Part shown: positions 49,947 through 61,687 of the stretch, one piece after another
Layout of the letters: each line of letters opens with the position of its first letter
Position numbering within the stretch: the stretch's first letter is position 1
Source: Octopus vulgaris
Lineage: Eukaryota
Length of the DNA stretch: 64,000 nucleotides
Direction of reading: 5' to 3'
Assembly (NCBI GenBank): GCA_951406725.2
Contig: OX597815.1
Coordinates: 8,618,001 to 8,682,000, forward strand
Notes under the pieces: generated by a model
Databases searched by the model: none
What the model was told of the DNA's origin: nothing
Seen by the model: only the letters and a program-made list of their open reading frames with translations
Program-made: the position numbers and the translations under genes

Positions 49947-50686
49947 ATATGTCTTTTAATTCCTTTAGTAATATTTATTCATCTTTATTCAATCCTTTAT
50001 CGTTCAGATTCTGCTGTCAAATGTTATAACTATTTATTCATGGTGTTCTGAATTAATTGTGCATTATTCGGCAACATTGATATTTCAGTGATGTGATTGC
50101 TTATTTTTAGAATGACATTGTAGGGTTGGAGTGAGAGGCTGGATCCTGGATCAACATTAAACAGGTTGAATAATTTGACTGGATTATGGCCAGTTTAAAT
50201 GTCAAAAGATTAAATTTTGGAATGTTTTAATATGTTAGTAGAATCCATGGTTGATCTTTTTCCTTTTTATGGTTACAATAAGCTGTCAGAAAATGTTAAA
50301 ATAGTAGCTTCATAGTTTGTAGATAATGTATGTACTACAGAATGACATTATGCTTTATTTGGCAACATTGATATTTCAGTGATGTGATTGCTTATTTTTA
50401 GGATGACATTATAGGGTAGGAGTGTGTTATGGGGATAATAATAATAATGGAACACCTCTCCCACATGACGCGTGGTGTGTGCTAGTCATTACAAATACTG
50501 TGACGTTGAGAAGTCAGCGAGGTCGGTTATAGACAGTTGTGTCTTACTTGTCTAATTAACTATATTGCTATACTGAAGTGGACGTTATAACAGTCTGACA
50601 TTGGATTGCAACAGTAGCGATGAGGAATTAACAAACTCATGAAGATTAAACAAACTCACAAGGAGTTACAAAACTCCACAAAAGTA

Positions 50687-51060
50687 TGTGAAAAGTCTGG
50701 CTGCATCCGAAAAAATATATTATGAAACAAAAATAAACACAAAATTTATTACACGAATCTGTTACCACCACGACAGTCAACTATTTGGTGCCGAACACGA
50801 GTTTGATGTCGAATAGATCCACGAATTTTCCGCTCGGATAGCTCTTCTCAAGAATGCAAGATGGTGTAGAAGTATTGCCAGTCTATCTCTCTCACTAATT
50901 TGTTCACCTCACCTGCGAGCCATCTAAAGTTAATAATGATTCTGCTAATTCCACGTGTAAACATGTGTTGAATAGAACTCACTGAATAAATCTTAATTAA
51001 CTGATTTGTCAATTGTATGCATCTGACATATAAAACATGTATGCAGCCAGACTTTTCACA
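50687..51060. mobile_element. MITE nested in the Gypsy element
   Basis: Perfect 20-bp TIR tgtgaaaagtctggctgcat / atgcagccagacttttcaca. Confidence 0.65.
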
Positions 51061-51850
51061 CAGAGGATACAAATTTTATGGTATACAAAAGTATTAAAGT
51101 TATGGAAGATTTGTTGGCTGGTAATTATGATTACTAAATGGAATATTTACTGTCAAAAAACTAGGGCATGCATATGGTTTGTCCAGGCGGATACCGAAAC
51201 ACTGTGAGCCATTCAAAGATATGGTAATTGTAGCATTAGCATCAGAAGGAGGAATAAAAAATGCAGTGTGGAATGTGGTACGCGAATTACTGGTGACCCT
51301 TGAAGACATAAAATGAAATGTAGAAAAGGACAAATTCATAACAGAAATAAAAAGAATACTGTGGACAGGAAAAGTAAATAGGAACAGGATTGGTGCAAAA
51401 CGAAACCAAGATGTGAACCTATACTCAGTTTGTGATGGTGTACTGATGTATGCACAGAGAGTAGTGATACCTGAAACACTGCAAAAGAAAATGTTGAGGG
51501 AATTCCATGTTGGACATTCTGGTATTTAGAGGATGAAAGCTTTAATGTGTAGCCACATGTACTGGCCTAAAATGGATACAGAAATCGAAAATTTAGTGAA
51601 AGGTTGCAAAGGATGTGCTCTAGCGGCAAAATTATTGACGATAAAAAGGGAACCTTGACCAAAAGTAGATGTTTCATGGTCAAGACTACACATTGATTTT
51701 GCTGGTCTCTAAAGCAGTTCATATTCTTTTGTGGTAGTAGTTTCTCTGAATGGCCAAAAATTTTTAAAGTGTAAAAAGCCAACCTCCTCAACTACGACAA
51801 ACTTTCTGCATGAGCTGTTTGCAAGATTTGGTTTCCCAGACTCGATAGTT

Positions 51851-52232
51851 GGAAGCCCTCCGTCGATTACGATGACGAGGGTTCCGGTTGATCCGAATCA
51901 ACGGAACAGCCTGCTCTTGAAATTAACGTGTAAGCGGCTGAGCACTCCACAGACACATGTACCCTTAACGTAGTTCTCGGGGATATTCAGCGTGACACAG
52001 AGAGTGACAAGGCCGGCCCTTTGAAATACAGGTACAACAGAAACAGGAAGTAAGAGTGAGAGAAAGTTGTGGTGAAAGAGTACAGCAGGGATCACCACCA
52101 TCCCTGCCGGAGCCTCATGGAGCTTTAGGTGTTCTCGCTCAATAAACACTCACAACGCCCGGTCTGGGAATCGAAACCGCGATCCTACGACCGCGAGTCC
52201 ACTGCCCTAACCACTGGGCCATTGCGCCTCCA
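51851..52232 (-). mobile_element. SINE family B nested in the integrase
   Basis: TSD agactcgatagt. Confidence 0.85.
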
Positions 52233-54565
52233 CTAGACTCGATAGTGCCTGATAATGGAACGCAATTTGTGTCTTTTGAGTTCAAAAACTTTTGTTAAAT
52301 GTTAATCGTAGAACATGTAACTATGGTACCATACCATCCCAAATCTAACAGACAAGCAGAATGCTTTGTTGATACATCCAAGAGGGCCCTAAAAAAGTCA
52401 AATAAGGAAGTCATAGATGAGGTAGCCCTACAACAATTCTTAAGATTATACCACGTGGCAGCAAATCCAAACACACCAGCAAGTATGTCACCAGTGGAGC
52501 TGATGTTTATGAGGAAGATAAAATCAGTCTTCGACTAATTGCTACCTGGTAAGAAAAGAAAAATTGCAATGGATAGTACAGCAAGATATTTCAAAATTAG
52601 TGAAAATGTGTTTGTTAGAGCATATAAGATGGCTTGATTACCAAATGCATAGAAAAATGCTTTACTTTGTACAAGGAAGAAAAAGGGTATAGAAGAGACA
52701 CAGATTTGTTGTGAGCGAACCCAAGAGAATGGAAGAACCAATGGAATGGTTATATGATACTTTTAAAGTACCAGTGCCACTACAAATAATTAAACTCAGA
52801 CACACAAGCAAAAGAAAAAGAAATGTATGGAGTTCCTGGAATTAGCTGAAAAATGCAAAAAATATTAAATTCGTAACTGTATAAAAAAAACTCAAAAAAA
52901 GGAGGTAGGGGTGATATGAAAATTATTGTTAATAAAAAGAAATAAAATTACATTTCCTAAGGAAAAAAAAAACTTAAAAAGGGAGATGTTATGGGGATAA
53001 TAATAATGATAATAATAATGGAGCACCCCTATCATGTGTCAAGTGGTATGTACTAGTCATTACAAATACTGTGACATCGAGAAGTTGGTGAGGTTGTCAC
53101 AGATAGTCATGTCTTACTTGTCTAACTAACTATACTGCTATATCAGAGTGGACTTAATAACAGTTCGACATTGGATTGTGAGAGGTTAGATCTGGCCAGT
53201 TTGAACATAAAACAGGTAGAATAATTTGGCCGGATTACGGCCAGTTTGAATGTTAAAGGGTTAAATCTTGGGCTATTTTAACATATTAGCAGAATCCATG
53301 GTTGATCTTGTTTTCTTTTTATGGTCACAATAAGCTGTTAGAAAATGTTAAAATAGTAGTTTCATAGTTTGTAGATAATTATAGAATAACATTCAAGATG
53401 TATCCTGTTTGGTATTATAGTGATGAGAGAAGATTGTTAGTAGCGCATACAGAAATCAAGTATAGTGTATGAAACAGAACATGTTATTTTTGGTGTTTTG
53501 TAGAGTTTAGGATATGCTGTCGGTTGCAGTGTGAACATGGTGTCAGGTGCAATGAATATGGTGCAGAATTAAGGGCATGTTGTCTGCATTAGTTAGAACA
53601 TGTATAAGGTTAAGTTTAGATTGGAAGTGAAAGTTTGTTGAGTTAGGTGCAGTGGGTCTGACAAAATATTACATTCATTTGAATATTTTGTAGCAAGTAG
53701 CCATTTTAAAATAACGTGCCAATTGGTGGTAGCTGGCAATATGACGTAATGTCGTGTTGCCGAAGAAATATTATTGTCGTTTTTTCCATTGGTTAATGTA
53801 ACTGCTCATATAAAGATTCTAAAAAGTTACTTAAAGAATATTTGTAATGGATTTCGATTCTTTTAAGTCAAGTTGAGCAGTTATAAAAACCCTGGATTTT
53901 GGAAAAAAACTTTAGTGTTTGTTGGATGTAACTGAACTCCACGACACTCACTCCTTTGAGACATTGGTGATTTTTATGCCATGTCCAAAGGAAATCCAAC
54001 AAGTCTATTTTGAATTGTTGTTATTTATTTATTAGTTAGATTTATGAATTAGCTAGTGAAATATATAGTTGTACTTCTACACGACGAAAATTATCTTTTC
54101 TTTCACATGTACATAATATAAAATGTTATATTTATATAATAAAACTAATTAAGAAAATGTTTTCTCTTCACGTTTTTCACATTTTTCAACAAATATGCAT
54201 TTCTGTAACCATTAAATTATATTTTCTTATAGCGGTTAAATGAACACGATGATAATATTATACATACATGACTCTAATATTCTTAGTGTTCCATAAGTAT
54301 ATTTCTCTATGGCGTTATATACTGTAGTTCGGATTTGCGTATAATGATAACACTTAAGTTATAAGTGACGTTTTAATCATTATATACACCCTTACTTAAA
54401 AAGCCAAATAAGATAATCTATTTCCCAATAGGAAACACAATAAATAACATTACATTACTGTAATAAAACTAATTAGAGAATATACGATATTAATATAACC
54501 TAAGAGAAAGCTCATGGTAGCCTAAAACAGCCTATAATTTAATCCATTATATTCTATTCCATAAG

Positions 54566-54706
54566 TTCCTAGGAAGAAAGTTGCTGTATCTATTGAAGGA
54601 GAAAAAGAAGGAGGAGAAGAAGGAGTGGAAGAAGGAGAGGAAGAAGGAGTGGAAGAAAGAGAGGAAGAAGGAGAGGATAAAGAAATGGTGGTGGCTGTTA
54701 AAAAAG
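54566..54706 (+). CDS. Array exon 5 (VPRKKVAVSIEGEKEGGEEGVEEGEEEGVEEREEEGEDKEMVVAVKK)
   Basis: tattccataag|TT ... AAAG|gtatct; 141 nt, phase 1-1, open. Confidence 0.68.
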
Positions 54707-54939
54707 GTATCTGAATTTCTTTCTCCCATTTGCTTCTTTTTCTGTTGTCTTCTTCCTCCATCACATTACAAGCTATTTCGACCCATAACAAAAAAAAAAA
54801 AACAAAACAAAAAACAACAGAAAACCGAATGATGAGTGTAGTCTGTATTTCGAACGATATGGTCAAACCATTTTGCGGTGACACGGATGTAGTCACTTGG
54901 TTGAAGAAGATGAAGTTGGTGGCAAAGCTCCACAGTATA

Positions 54940-55356
54940 GGCGCAGGAGTGGCTGTGTGGTAAGTAGCTTGCTTACCAACCACATGGTTCCGGGTTCAGT
55001 CCCACTGCGTGGCACCTTGGGTAAGTGTCTTCTATTACAGCCTCGGGCCGACCAAAGCCTTGTGAGTGGATTTGGTAGACGGAAACTGAAAGAAGCCCGT
55101 TGTATATATGTGTGTATATATATATATATATGCGAGTGTGTGTTTGTGTGTCTGTGTTTGTCTCTCTAGCATTGCTTGACAACCGATGCTGGTGTGTTTG
55201 TGTCCCCGTTACTTCGCGGTTCGGCAAAAGAGACAGATAGAATAAGTACTGGGCTTACAAAAGAATAAGTCCCAGGGTCGAGTTGCTCGATTAAAGGCGG
55301 TGCTCCAGCATAGCCGCAGTCAAATGACTGAAACAAGTAAAAGAGTAAAAGAGAGT
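54940..55356 (+). mobile_element. SINE family A
   Basis: Full copy with the same insertion point as the 56982 copy, so the two were co-duplicated. Confidence 0.8.
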
Positions 55357-55620
55357 ATAAACAACTTAGCGAGTTTTATACCGCTGTACCTAGATGGTTC
55401 GGTGTAGGCGCTGAACCTAGAAATGGAAGAGAGGGACCAACATGTTTCTTTCTTTCTCCTGTTTGCTTCTTTTTCGGTTGTCTTCTTCCTCCATCACACT
55501 ACACATGTATGAAGTTTCATGTAGATTGGAAGTGAAGGTTTGTTGAACTAGATGCAGTGAGTTTAATAGAAAATACTTCATCCATTTGAATATTTTGTTA
55601 ATTTTACTCTATTTCATAAG

Positions 55621-55755
55621 TTCCTAGAAAGAAACAAAAAGTTGCTGCACCTGCTAAAGAAGGAGAAGAAGGAGTGGAAGAAGGAGAGAAAGAAGTGGAA
55701 GAAGGCGTGGAAGAAGAGGAGGAAGGAGTGGTTAAAGAAATGGTGGTTAAAAAAG
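55621..55755 (+). CDS. Array exon 6 (VPRKKQKVAAPAKEGEEGVEEGEKEVEEGVEEEEEGVVKEMVVKK)
   Basis: tatttcataag|TT ... AAAG|gtatgt; 135 nt, phase 1-1, open. Confidence 0.72.
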
Positions 55756-56522
55756 GTATGTTTAATATGATACATTTTCTACTGAAAAGCATCATGAAAT
55801 TATCTTTCCCTGGTGCTTTCCTCTCCATGTTGATTACACAGCTGAGGGTGGAATTATTAATGTCATTAAAAGACAGTTGCAGAGTTCTTGACATCCATTG
55901 CATAGAATTGAAGCCAATGCTATGTGGTAGATATTGATACAAAGAAGTTTGGTACAGCTTTTTATAGAGTAAGCACTGCTTTGATAGAATTCTTTAATCT
56001 TCATTGATAATGACTTTTATGTTAAGTGGTGCAAATTCTCTGAGTATCATCCCAACTGTTGATATTATTCTATATATTAAATATACAGCTCAGTTGAAAA
56101 GAAAAACAAACAAAAATACGTTAAAATCAGATATATTTTTAAAATTCTTTAGTAATATTTATTTATCTTTATTTAAATTTTGAAATGTTTTAATATATTA
56201 GCAGAATCCATGGTTGATCTTGTTTTCCTTTTTATAGTTACAATAACCTGTCAGAAAATGCTAAACTAGTAGTTTCATAGTTTGTAGACAATGTATGTAC
56301 TACAGAATAGTAGTAGGGTATTATAGTGATGAGGAAAAGTTGTTAGTGGTGCATACAGAAATCAGGTATAGTGTGTGAACAAAACATGTTATTTTTGGTG
56401 TTCTGTAGAATCTAGGATATGCTGTTGGTTGCAGTGTGAACATGGTCTTAGATGTAATGAGTGTAATGCATAATTAAGTGCATGTTGTCTGCATTAGTTA
56501 GAACATGTTTTGGTGTTTGTGG

Positions 56523-56980
56523 TGTTATGGGCTGTGATGAGCTATGTGGTGTTGGTGGAAGGGATTGCAGATGAGGTAGATGGAAGTGAAGACTACAAGG
56601 GCCGGTGGAACAGCCATGGGGCATGCATGGGCAGCAAACACGTGCACAGAGTTCGAGCAGAGACCGCAGCGTGCAAGGACGTGTTTATTTCTTGACAGTG
56701 ATCGCTCATCCCACCTAGGTCAACAGGTAAGGTCAACAGGTATTTCTTTCTCCTGTTTGCTTCTTTTTCTGTTGACTACTTCCTCCATCACACTACAAGC
56801 TATTTCGGCCCATAACAAAAAAACAAAACAAAAAAACCCCCCAAAAAAACAAAAGAAAACAGAAAACCGAATGATGAGTGTTGTCTGTATTTCGAACGAT
56901 ATGGTCAAATCATTTTGTGGTGACACGGATGTAGTCACTTGGTTGAAGAAGATGAAGTTGGTGGCAAAGCTCCACAGTAT
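56523..56980 (+). mobile_element. LTR (56523-56817) plus a gag-like start; partial duplicate at 54712-54938
   Basis: Inverted termini TGTTATGGGC...GCCCATAACA, followed by MMSVVCISNDMVK.FCGDTDVVTWLKKMKLVAKL. The gag assignment is inference. Confidence 0.55.
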
Positions 56981-56981
56981 A

Positions 56982-57143
56982 GGCGCAGGAGTGGCTGTGT
57001 GGTAAGTAGCTTGCTTACCAACCACATGGTTCCAGGTTCAGTCCCACTGCGTGGCACCTTGGGCAAGCGTCTTCTACTATAGCCTCGGGCTGACCAAAGC
57101 CTTGTGAGTGGATTTGGTAGACAGAAACTGAAAGTAACCCGTC

Positions 57144-57187
<44 letters not shown>

Positions 57188-57812
57188 TATGATAATATAT
57201 ATATATACACTTGTGTCAGAAATTAATTAGCACTTCTCAAATTTCTACATTAAATAGGTTAAATCAATTAACCTATGAGCTGTTCAAAACGTCTTACGCG
57301 ATGAGAAAACTTAGTATGGTGTGATTTCGGTCCTTGCGAGGCGCTACCTATATCTATTAAACAAAGGAAGTTTGTCTGCATCCGCACTCCAAGTTGTTGT
57401 TGCACTGCTATGTCAACATCATAAGGCTGTAGACTCTCAAACTGCTCTGCAAACAAAGTTACGTCATCGTTCTGTGCAACAGTGAACTCGCAACAAAGCA
57501 ATAGTTCGAGATATGGCCACTAGGTGACAGCACATACCTTGAGTGAAGAGCAAATCAAGGGTGCTAATTAATTTCTGACGGTAGTGTATATGTGAGTGTG
57601 TGTCTGTGTTTGTCCCCCTAGCATTGCTTGACAACCGATGCTGGTGTGTTTGTGTCTCTGTTACTTATCAATTTGGCAAAAGAGACTGATAGAATAAGTA
57701 CTGGGCTTACAAAAGAATAAGTCCTGGGGTCGAGTTGCTCGATTAAAGGCGGTGCTCCAGCATGGCCGCAGTCAAATGACTGAAACAAGTAAAAGAGAGA
57801 GTAAAAGAGAGT
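56982..57812 (+). mobile_element. SINE family A interrupted by a MITE
   Basis: Head at 56982; body resumes at about 57590. Confidence 0.75.
57208..57586. mobile_element. Tc1/mariner-type MITE
   Basis: TA-flanked TIRs cac...gtcagaaattaattagcac / gtgctaattaatttctgac...gtg, inserted in (TA)n. Confidence 0.75.
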
Positions 57813-58080
57813 ATAAACAACTTAGCGAGTTTTATACAGCTGTACCTAGATGGTTCGGTGTTGGCGCTGAACCTAGAAATGGAAGAGAGGGACCAACATA
57901 TTTCTTTCTTTCTTTCTCCTGTTTGCTTCTTTTTCGGTTGTCTTCTTCCTCCATCACACTACACATGTATGAAGTTTCATGTAGATTGGAAGTGAAGGTT
58001 TGTTGAATTGGATGCAGTGAGTTTAATAGAAAATACTTTATCCATTTGAATATTTTGTTAATTTTACTCTATTTCATAAG

Positions 58081-58236
58081 TTCCTAGAAAGAAACAAAAA
58101 GTTGCTGCACCTGCTAAAGAAGGAGAAGAAGGAGTGGAAGAAGGAGTGGAAGAAGGAAAGGAAGAAGTGGAAGAAGGAGTGGAAGAGAGAGAGGAAGAAG
58201 GAGAGGATAAAGAAATGGCGGTGGCTGTTAAAAAAG
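58081..58236 (+). CDS. Array exon 7 (VPRKKQKVAAPAKEGEEGVEEGVEEGKEEVEEGVEEREEEGEDKEMAVAVKK)
   Basis: tatttcataag|TT ... AAAG|gtatgt; 156 nt, phase 1-1, open. Confidence 0.72.
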
Positions 58237-59265
58237 GTATGTTTAATATGATACATTCTCTACTGAAAAGCATCATGAAATTATCTTTCCCTGGTGTTTT
58301 CTTCTCCATGTTGAATACACAGCTGAGGGTGGAATTATTAATGTTGTGAAAAGACAGTTGCAGAGTTCTTGACATCCATTGCATAGAATTAAAGTCAATG
58401 CTATCTGGTAGATATTGATACAAAGAAGTTTGGTACAACTTTTTATAGAGCAAGCACTGCTTTGATGGAATTCTTTAATCTTCATTGATAATGACTTTTA
58501 TGTTAAGCGGTGCAAATTCTCTGAGTATCATCCCAACTGTTAATATTATTCTATTCTATATATTAAATATACAGCTCAGTTGAAAAGAAAAACAAACAAG
58601 ATTTCATTAACAACAGATAAATTTTAAAAATTCTTTAGTAATATTTATTTATCTTTATTTAAATTTTGGAATGTTTTAACATGATAGAATAATCCATGGT
58701 TGATCTTATTTTCCTTTTTATAGTTACAATAACCTGTCAGGAAATGCTAAAATAGTAATTTCATAGTTTGTAGATAATGTATGTACTACGGAATAGTATT
58801 CAAAATGAATCCTGTGGCAGGGATGAACAGCATTTTGTCAACAGGGGTGTCGCATCATATCATTTCCAAGTAGGATAAAACATATATGCATGAAATATTT
58901 CTTGCCCACTTTAAACTGAATTTTTTTGCAGTTCTTCTTAATCTTATTTGTCTTAGTATGAAAGTTTACATTAGGCTGGCATTTCTTTCAATGTTTCCAA
59001 ATGTACATTGAAAGAGAGAAGAAAGGAGGGATGAAATTAAATGTAAAATTAAAGCACAAGTTTAATAGGTGAGAAATGGTAAGGATAATAAATGGAAAAT
59101 TTGAGAAAAATTTTTGGTTTGTAAAAATTAGTAACCTAGAAACTCCTTGAGGGCCGCACAACAACATGTCAAGGGCCGCAGGTTGCCTATGCAAGCTGTA
59201 GGGTATTAAAGTGATGAGGAAAGATTGTATGTGGCATACATAGAAATCAAGTAAGATAGGAGGAT

Positions 59266-59643
59266 AGGAAGCACTCCGTCGGTTATGACGACGAGGGTTC
59301 CAGTTGATCCGAATCAACAGAACAGCCTGCTCGTGAAATTAACGTGTAAGTGGCTGAGCACTCCACAGACACGTGCACCCTTAACGTAGTTCTCGGGGAT
59401 ATTCAACGTGACACAGAGAGTGACAAGGCCGGCCCTTTGAAATACAGGTACAACAGAAACAGGAAGTAAGAGTGAGAGAAAGCTGTGGTGAAAGAGTACA
59501 GCAGGGATCACCACCATCCCCTGCCGGAGCCTCGTGGGGCTTTAGGTGTTTTTGCTCAATAAACACTCACAACACCCGGTCTGGGAATCGAAACTGCGAT
59601 CCTACGACCACGAGTCCACTGCCCTAATCACTGGGCCATTGCC
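59266..59643 (-). mobile_element. SINE family B
   Basis: Reverse complement copy. Confidence 0.8.
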
Positions 59644-59935
59644 CTAACTACTGGGAATGCGGTGTGCTCTTCCTAGCAAGTATAGTGTATGAAACAGAAC
59701 ATGTTATTTTTGGTGTTCTGTAGAGTTTAGGATATGCTGTCGGTTGCAGCATGAACATGGTGTCAGGTGCAATGAGTATGGTGCAGAATTAAGGGCATGC
59801 TGTCTGCATTTGTTAGAACATGTATAAGGTTAAGTTTAGATCAGAAGTGGAAGTTTGTCGAGTTGGGTGCAGTGGGTCTGACAGAAAATATTACATTCAT
59901 TTGAATGTTTAATCCATTATATTCTATTCCATAAG

Positions 59936-60049
59936 TTCATAGAAAGAAGCACAAAGCTGGTGTTGCTGCATCTGAAGAAGAAGAAGGAGCAGAGAAAGAA
60001 GGAATGGCAGAAAGAGAGGAAAAAGAGATGGTGGTGGGTGAAGAAAAAG
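59936..60049 (+). CDS. Array exon 8 (VHRKKHKAGVAASEEEEGAEKEGMAEREEKEMVVGEEK)
   Basis: tattccataag|TT ... AAAG|gtatgt; 114 nt, phase 1-1, open. Confidence 0.72.
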
Positions 60050-60276
60050 GTATGTTTAATATGATACATTTTTCTACTGAGAAACATCATAAAATTGTCT
60101 TTAAAGACCAGGAAGCACCCAGTTTCTTGATGTTTTGCTATCCATGTTGATGACAAAGCTGAGGGTGGAATTATTAATGTAGTGAAGAGAGAGTTGTAGA
60201 ATCACCAGCAGAGTTCTTGACATCCATTGCATATAATTGAAGTCAATGATATGTGATAGATATCGATGTAAAGATG

Positions 60277-60534
60277 TGTAGCGTATCTGATATCCTCACT
60301 GTTTGAGAAACACAATAAGAATGATCTTTGCCTGCTTTGACCCTGTTGTGTCCACTGCTCTGATTGGTTGGCATCTAGCGTGGTTTGTATCCCTACTTAT
60401 TTCGCACCAGAGTGTAAGTGAACTGATCAGATCAGTGGACACAACAGGGTCAAAGCAGCCAAAGATGGTTGTAATCTCAAACGAGATCATTCTTATTGTG
60501 TTTCTCAAACAGTGGGGATATCAGATACACTACA
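60277..60534. mobile_element. Foldback/MITE with long inverted arms
   Basis: tgtagcgtatctgatatcctcactgtttgagaaacacaataagaatgatct pairs with agatcattcttattgtgtttctcaaacagtggggatatcagatacactaca. Inner arms ctgctttgaccctgttgtgtccactg / cagtggacacaacagggtcaaagcag. Confidence 0.85.
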
Positions 60535-60789
60535 TGGGGGATACAACTTCTGATTGCTATAAACAATCACAGTGTGGAATATTTGGTTAGATTTGTTATT
60601 ATAATTCTCATTGAGAAGATTTTTGGTCAAAGACATCCCAACAGACACCATAATGCTGTTTGTTGAACTGTGTAAGAATTAGAAATACTGTGGAAATTAG
60701 CTGTGTAAGTGTACTGTGGAAAACTAGAACATGCTGTTTAATGTATAACAAAGTATTGGTACTTCATTGGTGGAGTATACAGTGTATAC

Positions 60790-61045
60790 AGTGTCGGAGG
60801 GCAGAAGAAGTGCTTCAAGGACAGTTTCAAAGTCTCTCTCAAGGACTTCTCCATTGGCACAGAGACTTGGGAGACACTTGCTGCCAACCGCTCATCCTGG
60901 CGCAGCACAATCACCACAGGAGCAAAGACAGCCGAGGAGAGACGGATTCAGTCAGCAGAACAGAAACGCCAGATGCGGAAAGCCAGAGCCACCTGCACCA
61001 ATAGCACAGTCCCTACCCACTTCTGCCCCACCTGTGGGAGGTCTC
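60790..61045 (+). mobile_element. RTE (BovB-like) LINE C-terminal fragment
   Basis: GGQKKCFKDSFKVSLKDF...WETLAANRSSWR...HFCPTCGR. Confidence 0.65.
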
Positions 61046-61084
61046 ATAGCAGCAGTTCCACCAAATGATGTCAATGGTTATCTT

Positions 61085-61540
61085 TGAACCCGAAGGACGA
61101 ACATTATTATTATACTGTGTACCTATTTCTTTACTACCCACAAGGGGCTAAACACAGAGGGGACAAACAAACACAGACAAACGGATTAAGTCGATTATAT
61201 CGATTCCAGTGTGTAACTGGTACTTATTTAATCAACCCCGAAAGGATGAAAGTCAAAGTCGACCTTGGCGGAATTTGAACCCAGAACGTAGCGGCAGATG
61301 AAATACCTATTTCTTTATTACCCACAAGGGGCTAAACATAGAGAGGATAAACAAGGACAGACATAGGTATTAAGTCGATTACATCGACCCTAGTGCGTAA
61401 CTGGTACTTAATTTATTGACCCTGAAAGGATGAAAGGCAAAGTCGACTTTGGCGGAATTTGAACTCAGAACATAACGGCAGATGAAATACCACTAAGCAT
61501 TTCACCCGGCGTGCTAACGATTCTGCCAGCTCGCCGCCTT
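61085..61540 (-). mobile_element. Tandem family C SINEs
   Basis: Two copies of the reverse-complement core and 3' end. Confidence 0.75.
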
Positions 61541-61687
61541 AAGTATACAGGGTACCACTAATGGTATGTTTTATGATGTTACAGTCAGAAAGTATTGCAA
61601 CAATTAGGGCATGTTATGTATAGTACAATGGTTATTATAAATCATGTGGTGTTCAGTGTAGGAATAAAGACCTGTGTAATGTATACT

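Larger units (their letters stand above)
50425..53178 (+). mobile_element. Decayed, internally deleted Ty3/Gypsy LTR retrotransposon
   Basis: LTRs at 50425-50613 (TGTT...AACA) and 52987-53178; polypurine tract aaaaagggaga. Integrase remnants FHVGHSG..MK...YWP...CKGC, HIDFAG, FARFGFPDSIV-PDNGTQF and PYHPKSNRQAE, with stops. Confidence 0.85.
36900..60270 (+). repeat. Tandem segmental duplication of intron-exon units (about 9 copies), interrupted by TEs
   Basis: Intronic landmarks recur in the same order around each array exon: 'agaatccatggttgatc', 'ttagaacatg', 'ctgagggtggaattattaatg', 'gagttcttgacatcc', 'gtgcaaattctc'. Confidence 0.85.
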
